From a plasmid: a DNA stretch of 64,000 nt. Below the pieces are notes generated by a model, which made no database searches, was not told the origin of the DNA, and saw only the letters and a program-made list of their open reading frames with translations. The position numbers were made by a program, and so were the translations under genes. Where the stretch lies: the sequence record NZ_CP120951.1; one strand, 5' to 3'. This document shows positions 10,038-20,101 of the stretch, piece by piece; the first letter of the stretch is position 1, and each line of letters begins with the position of its first letter.

Positions 10038-11206
10038 GCCAGACCTCGCAGTAATTTCCACTTGCCGACCGGATCGAAATACACTTCCTTCAGGCACTTG
10101 TTCTCCATGAACAGCACTACGTCGATCGTGCTCTTGACCTCGCGCAGGATGAATTCCCACGTCAGCGTCTGGCCGACCGGGCTTTGCTTCACCAGCGTCG
10201 CGATCCGTGCCAACGCCGAAATTGCGTCGTTCGCATGCACGGTCGTGATACCACCCTGGTGCCCGGTGTTGAGCAGCACGAGGTAGTCCCACGTTTCATC
10301 GCCGCGCAACTCGGCCAGGTACACGCGGTCGAATTTCATCCGCAGCGTCGCCTTCACGATCCGGCGCGCAGGCAGCGATTCGCTGAAGAACAGGTGCACG
10401 TGATTCGGCTGATTCGGCAACGGCACTTCGTGCGTGTCTTCGATCGTCGCGACCCGCGTCGTGGACGGCACGATGTCGGCCAGCGCTTTCATCAGGGTGG
10501 TTTTGCCCGAGCCGACGCCACCCACCAGCACGACGTTCATCCGGTGCAGCATCGCCAGCGTCAAGAATTGACCCATATCGCGCTGCGCGAGCGCGTCAAG
10601 CATGTCCAGCTCGAACCGCTGCAGCACAACGGCCGCCGGCGCCGCGAGTTGACGCCTCGAATCGACCACGTCCGACGAACTGTTCATGCTCAAATCGCCA
10701 AACGACGGCGCGTTCGGATTCGCCGACAGGAACGATGCGTCCTGTGTCCCGACGATCCGGAAGTCGTTCAGGAAATTTCCACGCGTCAGATCGCCCACCG
10801 ACAAACGCGTGGCGCTCGGGATCCGGATCGTCATCGATACCGTGTTCGGCTCGCACGCGGGCGGGATCACAATCTGGCCGCGCTCACCGTTCGGCAATCG
10901 CACCGGCTTTTCCGGATCGTCGACCGACAGCGGTGGCGTTACCTTGTTGTAGATCGCAAGCGCATTGGCGAGCTTCATCAGCGCGTCGAGCGACGCCCCC
11001 GGTAATTCGTGCTGTTGCCAACCGTTGCGCGTCTCAGTCCAGCCTTCACCCGGCCGGTTGATCGCGATCTCGGTGTTGCCCGTCAGTGCCCGTAGTTCGG
11101 CGATGCCCGCCGACTCCATCAGATTGCGGACCGTGACGCTGCTGTCGTAGGGCTCAACGCTTGACAAGTTCATAGACGCTCCCGAAATCGACGTCGCGCG
11201 CGACAA
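10034..11206 (-). CDS. virB11: VirB11/TrbB traffic ATPase
   Basis: Walker A VVLVGGVGSGKTTLMKALADIV; the rest follows the conserved order typical of VirB11. Confidence 0.9.
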   Translation of the reverse strand: MSRATSISGASMNLSSVEPYDSSVTVRNLMESAGIAELRALTGNTEIAINRPGEGWTETRNGWQQHELPGASLDALMKLANALAIYNKVTPPLSVDDPEKPVRLPNGERGQIVIPPACEPNTVSMTIRIPSATRLSVGDLTRGNFLNDFRIVGTQDASFLSANPNAPSFGDLSMNSSSDVVDSRRQLAAPAAVVLQRFELDMLDALAQRDMGQFLTLAMLHRMNVVLVGGVGSGKTTLMKALADIVPSTTRVATIEDTHEVPLPNQPNHVHLFFSESLPARRIVKATLRMKFDRVYLAELRGDETWDYLVLLNTGHQGGITTVHANDAISALARIATLVKQSPVGQTLTWEFILREVKSTIDVVLFMENKCLKEVYFDPVGKWKLLRGLA

Positions 11207-12461
11207 AGATGTTCACTGTCGACCCGTGGCGCGACGTTGCGGTCGGTGGAATGTTGATCGTGTTTTTCAGCGTGTCGGCCGCCAGCTGCTGGCTCTGCGA
11301 CGTCGTGTTCGAGAACTGGATCCGATTACCGTTGCCGCTCTGGGCCAGATTCGACAGCGCCTGGCCAACGTCGCCGATCACCGACAACATCAGTGCGCCC
11401 CGGAAACGCAGCCAGAAGTGCGTATCGACGTCCGCATCAATGCCTGTCGCACCGAGCGCGTTCGTCGCCGGCGAATCGAGATCGACCGTCACACCCGATG
11501 GCGTATCGATGCGGGTCCACACCACGAAAATGCTTCCCTGGCCCTCCAGCATCGCCTTGCGCTGCTCGCCGGTCGCTTCGCTACCGCGCTCGAGCAGCAG
11601 CGTCTTCCCATCGGCCGAATAAACGTCTTCTGACACGTGGCAGGTGGCGATTCCAGGATGTGTGGACACGATCTCGGTGAACTGCCCGCACGGGATCATT
11701 GAGCCTCGCTTGAGCAGCAAACTGAGGTTCGGCAGGAAACTGGCCTTGACCGGCGCGAGACGCGAGGGCGCGAGGCTGTCATCCAGGCCATCACGCGCGT
11801 ACTGGCGCACAGGAGCGTTCGCGGCTGAAGCGGCGGCCGATGCCTGCGTCAATGCAGCGAGCCCATCATCCGACTTGCCGAATTTCACGAGCACGTCGCC
11901 CGACAGGCGGGGGTCACCTGGCGCAGATGCAGCGACCGGGCCGCCGGTTGACGTTGTGGCCGTCGTCGTGCCGGTTGTTGCCGTCGCGCCATTGCCAGCG
12001 TTCTGTGTCCCGCGTGCACCTGACGGCTCGGGCAATGCCGCGGCCGCGGCTGACGCCGCCTCTGCCGCGCTAGCCGCTTGCGCCGCTTCGACGTGATTCT
12101 TGTTGCCTTGAAAATCAGGATCGGCCACAACTGTCTGAACCGGGGCATCGCGCTTGGAACGCTTGTGTTCTAGATACGCGTCACCAAAGCGCTTCGCAAA
12201 AATCGCGACGCTAACCGCGATCACGATCACGATCACAACGATCACGAAGATGATCCCGACGCCGCGCACGCTCGTGTTTCGCTTGCCTCGTGCCAGCCCC
12301 GGAATGCCGCGTGGGTCCATACCGGCCGGCGGCACGACTTCTGGCTCCGGCCTCTTCCGGGTGCTGGCCGTCTCCGGCGCCGATGACGTGCTCACGTCGC
12401 TCATCGCATTGACATCCGGGTCCATGCCAGAGTCTTCGTGCGCGTCAACCATGATTGCCAT
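11154..12461 (-). CDS. virB10: VirB10/TrbI
   Basis: N-terminal cytoplasmic part, single TM (IIFVIVVIVIVIAVSVAIF), Pro/Ala-rich linker and a beta-rich C-terminal domain. Internal start chosen just after the virB9 stop. Confidence 0.8.
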   Translation of the reverse strand: MAIMVDAHEDSGMDPDVNAMSDVSTSSAPETASTRKRPEPEVVPPAGMDPRGIPGLARGKRNTSVRGVGIIFVIVVIVIVIAVSVAIFAKRFGDAYLEHKRSKRDAPVQTVVADPDFQGNKNHVEAAQAASAAEAASAAAAALPEPSGARGTQNAGNGATATTGTTTATTSTGGPVAASAPGDPRLSGDVLVKFGKSDDGLAALTQASAAASAANAPVRQYARDGLDDSLAPSRLAPVKASFLPNLSLLLKRGSMIPCGQFTEIVSTHPGIATCHVSEDVYSADGKTLLLERGSEATGEQRKAMLEGQGSIFVVWTRIDTPSGVTVDLDSPATNALGATGIDADVDTHFWLRFRGALMLSVIGDVGQALSNLAQSGNGNRIQFSNTTSQSQQLAADTLKNTINIPPTATSRHGSTVNIFVARDVDFGSVYELVKR

Positions 12462-13317
12462 CCTTCGTAATACGCACCCAGCCGGGCACCGTCGTGCCTG
12501 TCCGGTTGAACGACCCATCAGGCGAATACGCGTTGTTGCGGACAGCCATCACCGTCTTGCCCAGACGCAGCACGAACCCGGTCGCCATACCCTCGATCAC
12601 GATCGTGTCGCCATCAACATGCCGCTTGGGTGCCGCTTCCGTGCCGTCTGCCTGGATCTCGTAGATCTCCGGCACCCTGCGCGACGTGTCGTACTGGAAA
12701 TACGTAAATCGGCCGTCGTCCCAAACCGCTGTTGGCGCGATGGCCACATCGCCCTTCATGTCGTAATCGTCGTTGCGCCGTTCGGATGTGTCCGCACCCG
12801 CCTGCTCGATCGCCAGCGCCTTATCGGCCTTTGCCTTCGCGGCCTGCTCCGCCTTCGCGCGCGTGTCCGGGTAATCGAATGACAACGACCAGATCGCCGC
12901 CTCGTTGCGGGCAGCGGCATCGAACTGGAATACGTAGCGCCGCTTGTTGGTTACGATCAGCACGTTCGTGTTCGGCTTCTTCTTGCTCGGCTTGAACATG
13001 AACCAATTCGCCTTACCGCCAACCGACCACCCCTCCGATTCCCCGGAACCGAGCCCTCCGCTCTTGTCGTCGACGATCTCGTCCGCCTCGAACTGGACCA
13101 CAAAGGCCTCACCAATCCGGTAAGGAATCCGGTACGCGGTCGTCGCGTCGTACTCGGCGCAGCGCACGTGTTCGTCCGATGCACAAGGGCCCGGCGTGAT
13201 GGCGGACCAGGCCGACGAGCTCACGAATGCAGCCGCGAGCGTCGCCACCACAAGCAGGGGGCTGCGCGCCGACCGACATGCGGCATGTCTCCCGCCGAGA
13301 ATTTGGCCGCTCATCAT
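12445..13317 (-). CDS. virB9: VirB9/TrbG
   Basis: Signal peptide; typical VirB9 size and position between VirB8 and VirB10. Confidence 0.8.
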   Translation of the reverse strand: MMSGQILGGRHAACRSARSPLLVVATLAAAFVSSSAWSAITPGPCASDEHVRCAEYDATTAYRIPYRIGEAFVVQFEADEIVDDKSGGLGSGESEGWSVGGKANWFMFKPSKKKPNTNVLIVTNKRRYVFQFDAAARNEAAIWSLSFDYPDTRAKAEQAAKAKADKALAIEQAGADTSERRNDDYDMKGDVAIAPTAVWDDGRFTYFQYDTSRRVPEIYEIQADGTEAAPKRHVDGDTIVIEGMATGFVLRLGKTVMAVRNNAYSPDGSFNRTGTTVPGWVRITKDGNHG

Positions 13318-14222
13318 GCACCTCCCTTCTGACCCGGCAGCGGCGGTATCGCCGGCGTCGAGTCCGTGCGCGTCCAGTCCCGATCGACCGTGTAGCTCGT
13401 GACGCGAAAGCCGGTCGGATCCCGCTCGAGCTCCTCGCCCGATTCAGGCAAGTTGTCGTGGCGGTATGAAATCGTCGCCACCCAGTACTCGCTCTTCGGC
13501 TCGTTCAACGCGTTCCTCGGGTTCTGAACGGTCGCCAGCGGGATTAGCGTTTTCGAGAAAAACACCTGAGCAGTCGACCCGACGAACGTGATCGCCCCCA
13601 CCTTCGCGACGATCCGAAACTGGTTCTTCAGCACTTTCTGTGGTGAGTCGGGGCGGTCGTAGAAAGCGACGTAGATCTCCTTTTCCTTGTCCGCCGACAT
13701 CAACTTGACGGTGTCGTACATATCCTGAAGCGTTTCCCAGTCGTAACCCTCGCGCATCGTCACGTACCGGCGCAGATCCGCACGGTCCTGGATTTGCCCG
13801 AACGGCATTTCGCCGTCGCGCACGACTCCGATCACGTTCGTCGTTCCGTTCGTGTCATTGGTACGGATCAACGCCGGTGGACTTGGCCTCTTTAGTTGTA
13901 CTAAGGTGGCACCACCTAAAAAACCCGCCAAACCGAGCACACCTCCACCAATCGCAACCCGAATCGCGAACTGCGTCAGCTTCGCGCGTTCTTCCTGTTT
14001 CGATTGCTCGAATTCCAGCGCTCGATCCAGATACCAGCGCGCCTCGGCCGACAAGCTGGATTGCGCCTGCTTAGCCTCTTCTTCGCTAGTACGCGCCGGC
14101 GCGCCGACAGGCGCGGTTGCCTGTCGCGCCGGCAACGGCTTGCGCACCCCGCCACCCACGATTCGCGCGAGTCCGCGAGGTGTCGCACCGGTGCCAGCCG
14201 ATGAACGTTTCAATCCAAACAT
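13314..14222 (-). CDS. virB8: VirB8
   Basis: Internal Met MFGLKRSS...; N-terminal TM (VAIGGGVLGLAGFLGGATLV) followed by an NTF2-like periplasmic domain; start overlaps virB7 stop (TAATG). Confidence 0.75.
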   Translation of the reverse strand: MFGLKRSSAGTGATPRGLARIVGGGVRKPLPARQATAPVGAPARTSEEEAKQAQSSLSAEARWYLDRALEFEQSKQEERAKLTQFAIRVAIGGGVLGLAGFLGGATLVQLKRPSPPALIRTNDTNGTTNVIGVVRDGEMPFGQIQDRADLRRYVTMREGYDWETLQDMYDTVKLMSADKEKEIYVAFYDRPDSPQKVLKNQFRIVAKVGAITFVGSTAQVFFSKTLIPLATVQNPRNALNEPKSEYWVATISYRHDNLPESGEELERDPTGFRVTSYTVDRDWTRTDSTPAIPPLPGQKGGA

Positions 14223-14362
14223 TAACTTTCTCCTTCCACGGCCGGCACGCAGTTCACCGGCTCCCACGCACCTTTTGGCGACGGCAGCTCGTGCGACGAC
14301 GCACAGCCACCCAGTACGCCGGCAGACACGACAATCAGCAGACGGGCTATCCATTGACGCAT
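14222..14362 (-). CDS. virB7: VirB7-like small lipoprotein
   Basis: 46-aa MRQWIARLLIVVSAGVLGGCASSHELPSPKGAWEPVNCVPAVEGES with a lipobox LGGC; GGAG RBS; canonical position upstream of virB8. Confidence 0.6.
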   Translation of the reverse strand: MRQWIARLLIVVSAGVLGGCASSHELPSPKGAWEPVNCVPAVEGES

Positions 14363-14375
14363 GACCGACTCCGTA

Positions 14376-14735
14376 TCACTTAGCTTCCACCCGAACGTTC
14401 TCGTCACGCCGGAATTGCACATGCTGCGTTTTCGGGTCATAGCTGATACTGATAGCGCCAATACCCATATTGATCTGCAGCATGCCGCTCACGAGCGTCG
14501 CCGGAACGCGACTCGAAGCAGCAGTCAAGTCACACTGATTTTTTGTGTCGAACCGGCAGCTGGTGACGATGAATCCATCTTGACCGCGTTCGATCACGAG
14601 ATCGGCGCCGTATCGTTCATCCGGATGCAACTGCTTCCACCGACCGACGAATTCCTCTCCCTGTCGGGGCTGACAGCCCGTCACCGCGGCCGCTGCGGCC
14701 AACACCACGACCAATCCGAAAACGTGTTGTTTCAT
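14376..14735 (-). CDS. small lipoprotein, candidate entry-exclusion (Eex/TrbK-like) protein
   Basis: MKQHVFGLVVVLAAAAAVTGCQP... with a lipobox; strong GGAGGG RBS; located between virB6 and virB7 as eex is in pKM101-type operons. The function is inferred from position only. Confidence 0.5.
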   Translation of the reverse strand: MKQHVFGLVVVLAAAAAVTGCQPRQGEEFVGRWKQLHPDERYGADLVIERGQDGFIVTSCRFDTKNQCDLTAASSRVPATLVSGMLQINMGIGAISISYDPKTQHVQFRRDENVRVEAK

Positions 14736-14752
14736 CTTGCCCTCCAGTTGTT

Positions 14753-15691
14753 CTATGCTTTTGCCGCGCCGATTGAGCCACCCGAGCGGCCACCGCCACC
14801 CAGGCCGCCCAATTTCTTCGCCGCAGCCGCCACGCCGCGCGCGGCGCCACTCAAATTCCCGACCATCGATGAGATGCCGACGCCCCCAGCCAGCTGCGAG
14901 GCAAGCGACGGCAGATTCAGCGACACGATGATGAACACGATGCCGCTCGCCCAGATCTTCGCGATCGTCACCCAAGTCAGCATGTAATCGCTCGCGGTGA
15001 AGCTCTTGGGAAGATGGCTTGTCGCGTAGTTGACCTCGACGGCGCCGGCCGCAGCGAACAACGCAACCAAAATGCCGTAGTTCACACACTGCCCGACCCA
15101 CGCATCAAAGAATCGACGCGTCGGCGGAAACAGTGCGCACGCGATGAACATCGGCCCAAGCGCGAGCAGCAGGCCCAGCGCAAACTTCGCGAGAATGATG
15201 AACGCGCACGCGATACCCAGGAAAATCGTTCCAACAAACAACAGCGCGAACGAAAGCGAGATGAGTTCGATCCACACCCCGACCTCGAAGATGCCCGGAT
15301 TCATCTGCTTGAAGCCGTTCTGTATCGCCGTTACATATAGATTCAACAGGTTGTCGAGTGCCGACATGCCGGAGTTACCGTGCGTGATAGCCTTCGCGAT
15401 ATCGTCCCCGAATCCATTGAAGAACGGCACGACATACTGGCTGTAGTACTGGATGTTCATCCCACATACGAGCACGACCAGCCAGCCGCAGGCTTTCAGG
15501 AGGAAATCGACGATCGGCATCTCCTCCTGCCCGCGCATGTACGAAACCATCACAAGCAGCACGTAGATGCCAAAGCCGGCCGAGACAAGAGGCGAGATCA
15601 TCGAGATGATCTGCGACGAGCCGCTGTTGATGGTTTGCAGGATGGATTCGTCGAACCCCTGCTCCATCGTAGTAAAAACGTCGATTGCCAT
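14753..15691 (-). CDS. virB6: VirB6/TrbL polytopic membrane protein
   Basis: Multiple TM helices; AGGTGG RBS before the ATG at 15691. Confidence 0.8.
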   Translation of the reverse strand: MAIDVFTTMEQGFDESILQTINSGSSQIISMISPLVSAGFGIYVLLVMVSYMRGQEEMPIVDFLLKACGWLVVLVCGMNIQYYSQYVVPFFNGFGDDIAKAITHGNSGMSALDNLLNLYVTAIQNGFKQMNPGIFEVGVWIELISLSFALLFVGTIFLGIACAFIILAKFALGLLLALGPMFIACALFPPTRRFFDAWVGQCVNYGILVALFAAAGAVEVNYATSHLPKSFTASDYMLTWVTIAKIWASGIVFIIVSLNLPSLASQLAGGVGISSMVGNLSGAARGVAAAAKKLGGLGGGGRSGGSIGAAKA

Positions 15692-15720
15692 GATCGCCAC
15701 CTATAGAAGTTAGCCGCCGC

Positions 15721-16392
15721 TCATTCGTCCGCGGTCATCTTGCTCATGACCGCCTGATTCGCCTGACGTGCAGCAAGCTTCTCTTCGACAGCCTGCAGCT
15801 GCTGAACGAGATTCAAGCGCGTCTGTTCGGACTGGATCTGCGCGTTCTCGGCGGCAAATCGGTTCGCGAGATCGGCCTTCGCCGCGGGATCCTGCGTCGT
15901 ATCCGACTGCTGCATCAGGGACTGAATGTTCTGCAGGCGCTCGATCACAGCGTCGTACGCCTTCTGCGTAATCGCCTTGTTGGTCGCAAGCGTCGTGATG
16001 TAGCGCGAGACGCCCGGCGCCATCGATGCGTTCACCGTCATACCTTCCTGCCGCATGATTTCGTCGGCCACGCCCGAAATGCCGTTCAGCCGCCCGGCGT
16101 TCGCCAGGTCGTAAATCGACTTCCAGTTATCAGGCAAATAGTTGCGCAGCGCCGGGTTGTTGAAAATCAGCCCGAGGCCGCGATTGCCCTTGATCATGTT
16201 GATCTGATTCACAACCTGGTCATACTGCATTTTCAGTTGTTTGACGGTGGCGATCGCCTGCGCGACGCCCGCTAGGTCAAACGTCGGAATTCCGGGCCCT
16301 GTCTGCGCCAGCGCAATCGACGGCGCAGCGCCGAGCAATGCACCGACCATCACAACCGCCCTGGCTACCTTCGTAATTCGCATCGTGTTCAT
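15721..16392 (-). CDS. virB5: VirB5/TraC minor pilus subunit
   Basis: Signal peptide; helical 223-aa protein with VirB5-like size and position; GGAGA RBS. Confidence 0.7.
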   Translation of the reverse strand: MNTMRITKVARAVVMVGALLGAAPSIALAQTGPGIPTFDLAGVAQAIATVKQLKMQYDQVVNQINMIKGNRGLGLIFNNPALRNYLPDNWKSIYDLANAGRLNGISGVADEIMRQEGMTVNASMAPGVSRYITTLATNKAITQKAYDAVIERLQNIQSLMQQSDTTQDPAAKADLANRFAAENAQIQSEQTRLNLVQQLQAVEEKLAARQANQAVMSKMTADE

Positions 16393-16435
16393 GCTGGTTC
16401 TCCTCGCCGACCCCGTGTCGGCCTATCCCGCATCA

Positions 16436-16861
16436 TCAAAAGCCCGGCATCGACAGCCGATCGATCTGTTGAATCCATTGTTGAACCCGTCGAAGTGCAT
16501 CCTCGCACCTCAACCGGCGCAGCGATCCGACGACTTGCATACACGACTGATGATCAACGCCGGTCGGTGAAGCGGCCGTACAAGACACGGCCAATCTCAC
16601 CTCGTGTGACGTTCGAACACGTTCCCGCTCCAGCGAAATAAGGTTCAACAGATGGTTGTCAGCAAGGACCTGCCGTGCGTAGATATCCACCAGTGTCGGA
16701 ACAGAAACATGCCGACAGCTTTTCAGACCAGTCGCCCCAATGATCGACGACGAAGTCGTCGAATCAATCCCGCTCCCGTGCGCTGCGCCCACCCAACATG
16801 CGCCGATAACCGGCAACATCCACACAGCCGCACGAAAGGGTCGAATACGATCGATTTTCAT
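16436..16861 (-). CDS. secreted hypothetical protein between virB4 and virB5
   Basis: 141 aa; signal peptide RAAVWMLPVIGACWVGAAHG; ATGA overlap with the virB4 stop. Confidence 0.4.
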   Translation of the reverse strand: MKIDRIRPFRAAVWMLPVIGACWVGAAHGSGIDSTTSSSIIGATGLKSCRHVSVPTLVDIYARQVLADNHLLNLISLERERVRTSHEVRLAVSCTAASPTGVDHQSCMQVVGSLRRLRCEDALRRVQQWIQQIDRLSMPGF

Positions 16862-19251
16862 ACCGTGACTCCTGCCGGAGACGTTCGCCCGATATCCGCT
16901 GACATGGGTTTGCGATCACGCTTACCCTTCCGGCGTGCTTGGAAGAGCTCCATTCGCAGTTCGGGATCGCCGTCAGCCTCCAGGCTCGCCTCCTCCCAGA
17001 TGGCGACGTTCTCGAGGTTCGCCGACAGCACGGACAGTTCGTCGGAGAAACCGCGCAGATCGAGCGTCGCGAACGCCGACTGGTTGCCCTGCTTGATCAG
17101 GAAGGTATGCGAGCCCTTCGTGCAGATACGCTTGAATTCGGTGAATTCACGGTCGGTCATAAGTTCACCGTAGCTCGCACGCGTCGCGCTCGGGTTCGGC
17201 AGGAAGATTTTCGTCGCCGTGAGCTGCATGATGGCGCCGCAAATCGGGCTCTTGAGCACTTCGTCAGGCGTCTGCGATACGAGAATCACGAACTCGTCGG
17301 CGCGCCGGCCGACGCGCAGGCTGCGCTCGATCATCTTCTGGGTCGTCGGGTACGACAGCGGCAACCAAAACTCCTCGATGATCGTCGCAAGCAAGCCGCC
17401 GCGCACCTGCATCAGGCTCTTCAAATACAGCAGGAACGCAAGCACCGGCTCGGTCGGGGCGTAATCCTTCCTCAGGAAGTCCGTGACGTCGAACCCGATC
17501 CGATGGAACTGCGCCATGTCGATCTCAGTGTCCGACGCGTTGTCGAGTGCCCAGGCAAAGCGCCCGCCTTCCGATTCGCACCAGATACCGAGCCGACGAC
17601 GCAGACAACCCTCGCCCATGTCCGGAATGCTTTCGAGCAGGCGCGAGAAGCGGCGATCGCGAACGTTCGTGAGCGAATAGACTGCGTCGACGCCCAGCTT
17701 GATCGCGCGGGTGTCCTCGACACTCAGCCGACCGTGTTCGTCGCGACCGCACGCGCCAACCAGGTCGTACAGGAATTCGAGGTTGCGTGCCGTCTTCGGC
17801 AACGCGAACGGGGCAAGGCCAGTACGCTCGCCCGCACGCAGCGGGAAATAAACACCACCGAGCTCCTCGATAAAGATCTGCATGCTGCGATCCATGTCGA
17901 GGGCAAACATCTTCGTGTTGAAGCGCTCCAGGAAGCCAACCAGCATCTCCTGCAGCGTGGTCTTGCCTTCCCCGGTGTCGCCAATTGCCACCGTGTGGCC
18001 AGCGATCTTTTCGCCGGTGTTGTTCTCGTCGTTTTTCGTGACGTGGAAGTTGAAGCTATACAGCCCCTTCGATTCGGTCTGCAGCGGAATCACGGCCGTT
18101 CCGTCGCCGATCGGATTGCCGCGCGCCTTGCCCGTCGAATAGTTGTGCAGGCTGAACGTCGATGCGAGATTGCGTGTCGATTTCGGCATCGGCCGCGGCT
18201 TGTGCTTCGCGCCCGGCAGCTGGCTCATGAACGTAATCGGCGCCGACAGCGTCGCCTTGATCCAACGCAGGCCACACTCGTTCAACGACTTGCTGGACGC
18301 GAACGCGCCGTTGTCGATTGCCTTCTTGGCGGTGTCCCCATACACGACGAGTGCTGCATGGTATTCACCAAACGCAAGATCGCGCCCGGCGATCAACGCC
18401 TGCGCATGCTCCAGCTCCTCACGCTGGTGCACTGCCTTGTCCTCCACCGAACTGAGTTTGTTCGCCTGGTCGGCAATTTTTGACAGCGCTTCGTAGTTCC
18501 CCATCCCGATAAACGAGATCGTGAGCGTGAATTCAACCGGAAGCGTCAACATCGGGTTCAGATGGCCCCATCCCATCTGCGGCAGATCCTTCAGGTCGTA
18601 GCACATGCAATATCGCGTCTTGTGCGCGGCCCGAATCTCCAGCACGTCGTAGTGGAAGTGGTGCATCGCCGACGGGATGATTTCGCGTCCTGTCGACGCC
18701 GTCACCGGAATCGGCTCCTCGACACCGTTCATCAGTTCGGCAAAGAACGCGAGCGGTTCGCTGAACATAACGCCGTGCCGCTCGACCACGCGCAGGAAGG
18801 TCGGATCGTAGATCGCCAACGCCTTGTCGATCGTCTCGGCCATCTCGTGCATTTCCGGGATCAGCTCGTGCAGGTCTTCGCCCTTCAGGATGAAGGTGAT
18901 ATAGAACGCGTTCTCGAAATAGTTGCCGTTCTGAAATCGCTTCAGATATTTGTCGGAGAGGCGCTGCATGAAGCGCGACGTGAATCCGTATTCGTCGTCG
19001 AACGTCACGCGTCGGCGCGTGAACGTGCACCACATGCCCAGACGATTTCCCTTGTCCATCACCAGCGCCGCCAGAAAGCGGTTCAGCGCTTCGAAATGCG
19101 ATTCGATCTCGGCGGTCGGCACCGACTCGAACGGGATACCCGGCAGGCGCACGACGATCGCCGCGCGATCGTCTTCGTAGCTCGTGACAATCTCCGAGAT
19201 CGGCCGGCCGATCTTCGGCATCAGATCCTCGATAGCCGGCTGATTTTTCAT
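16858..19251 (-). CDS. virB4: VirB4/TrbE ATPase
   Basis: Walker A GDTGEGKTTLQEML; about 800 aa. The track ORF extends to 19407, overlapping virB3, so the internal Met MKNQPAIEDL is taken as the start. A VirB3-VirB4 overlap is also possible. Confidence 0.85.
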   Translation of the reverse strand: MKNQPAIEDLMPKIGRPISEIVTSYEDDRAAIVVRLPGIPFESVPTAEIESHFEALNRFLAALVMDKGNRLGMWCTFTRRRVTFDDEYGFTSRFMQRLSDKYLKRFQNGNYFENAFYITFILKGEDLHELIPEMHEMAETIDKALAIYDPTFLRVVERHGVMFSEPLAFFAELMNGVEEPIPVTASTGREIIPSAMHHFHYDVLEIRAAHKTRYCMCYDLKDLPQMGWGHLNPMLTLPVEFTLTISFIGMGNYEALSKIADQANKLSSVEDKAVHQREELEHAQALIAGRDLAFGEYHAALVVYGDTAKKAIDNGAFASSKSLNECGLRWIKATLSAPITFMSQLPGAKHKPRPMPKSTRNLASTFSLHNYSTGKARGNPIGDGTAVIPLQTESKGLYSFNFHVTKNDENNTGEKIAGHTVAIGDTGEGKTTLQEMLVGFLERFNTKMFALDMDRSMQIFIEELGGVYFPLRAGERTGLAPFALPKTARNLEFLYDLVGACGRDEHGRLSVEDTRAIKLGVDAVYSLTNVRDRRFSRLLESIPDMGEGCLRRRLGIWCESEGGRFAWALDNASDTEIDMAQFHRIGFDVTDFLRKDYAPTEPVLAFLLYLKSLMQVRGGLLATIIEEFWLPLSYPTTQKMIERSLRVGRRADEFVILVSQTPDEVLKSPICGAIMQLTATKIFLPNPSATRASYGELMTDREFTEFKRICTKGSHTFLIKQGNQSAFATLDLRGFSDELSVLSANLENVAIWEEASLEADGDPELRMELFQARRKGKRDRKPMSADIGRTSPAGVTV

Positions 19252-19321
19252 CAGTTCGCTCGTCAGCACGATTCCCCCTCTGGTCTTATGCTCAAGCCGC
19301 CCCAATTCATCGACGTTTTCA

Positions 19322-19771
19322 TCACAGCACACCCTCCGCTTCCGTCGCCAGACGTTCTTCCTCGAGCTCGGCCTTGAAGCGCGCGATGAATCGCTCTTGC
19401 AACTCAAGCGAAAGCGGTCGCGCTAGCTGCTCGCGGATCTGCCGGTACGAACGCCCGTAACGCATCGGCGCGAGCGTGTACGTCTTGCCAAACAGCGACG
19501 CATTCTTGCGACGTAGCACACACATGAGTTCGAACCACGTGATCCGCAGTGCCTGGTCATCAGTCGCGCAGACGTGCTTGAAATACATGATGATCGGCAC
19601 GCCCGGCAGACCGAGCACGAATCCGCCCGGCCCCATGAAGGCCGCGCCCGCGAGCGAAAAGAACATGCTCGCGACGAACACGGCCAGTCCGGGCAGCAGC
19701 GGGATACCCCACTGCATCGCGGTCCGGTTCAACCCCGCGTAAGACGGATACAAGGTCTTCTCGGTGCTCAT
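19322..19771 (-). CDS. virB3: VirB3-like membrane protein (with C-terminal extension)
   Basis: Two TM segments (GIPLLPGLAVFVASMFFSLAGAAFMGPGGFVLGLPGVPIIMYF); position between virB2 and virB4. Confidence 0.7.
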   Translation of the reverse strand: MSTEKTLYPSYAGLNRTAMQWGIPLLPGLAVFVASMFFSLAGAAFMGPGGFVLGLPGVPIIMYFKHVCATDDQALRITWFELMCVLRRKNASLFGKTYTLAPMRYGRSYRQIREQLARPLSLELQERFIARFKAELEEERLATEAEGVL

Positions 19772-19777
19772 CGCCGA

Positions 19778-20101
19778 TCAGCTCCCACCGGCCGAGAAGA
19801 GCCAACCAGCCAGCACCACGGCTCCGCCGCAGACAAACACCTTGACACACGACATCCCGAAATCGTGCACCCAGTCGCCGCCTGCTTTAAACGCTGCGAT
19901 CCCTTCCTTGATCAGGTAGAGGGCAGCGACGATCGCAGCGCACGCGTACAACCAGATCTGCAAGGTCGACAGCCCCTGCTTCCCCGTGTCGAGGCCACCC
20001 GCCTGGGCGCTGACAGCAACGCCGGTCAAAGCGATCGCAACCAGCGTTTCGCGCACGCACCGCTGGTCGAGCGGCGCAAACAATTTCTTCAGATAGTTCA
20101 T
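19778..20101 (-). CDS. virB2: VirB2/TrbC pilin
   Basis: Internal start MNYLKKLF with an AAGGAG RBS; signal peptide and two hydrophobic segments; about 107 aa. Confidence 0.7.
   Translation of the reverse strand: MNYLKKLFAPLDQRCVRETLVAIALTGVAVSAQAGGLDTGKQGLSTLQIWLYACAAIVAALYLIKEGIAAFKAGGDWVHDFGMSCVKVFVCGGAVVLAGWLFSAGGS

Noticed and set aside
16939-18483. 514-aa plus-strand ORF inside virB4 and 18562..19377 (271 aa)
   Set aside because: Antisense to a well-supported VirB4 gene; R/H/Q-rich nonsense translation.
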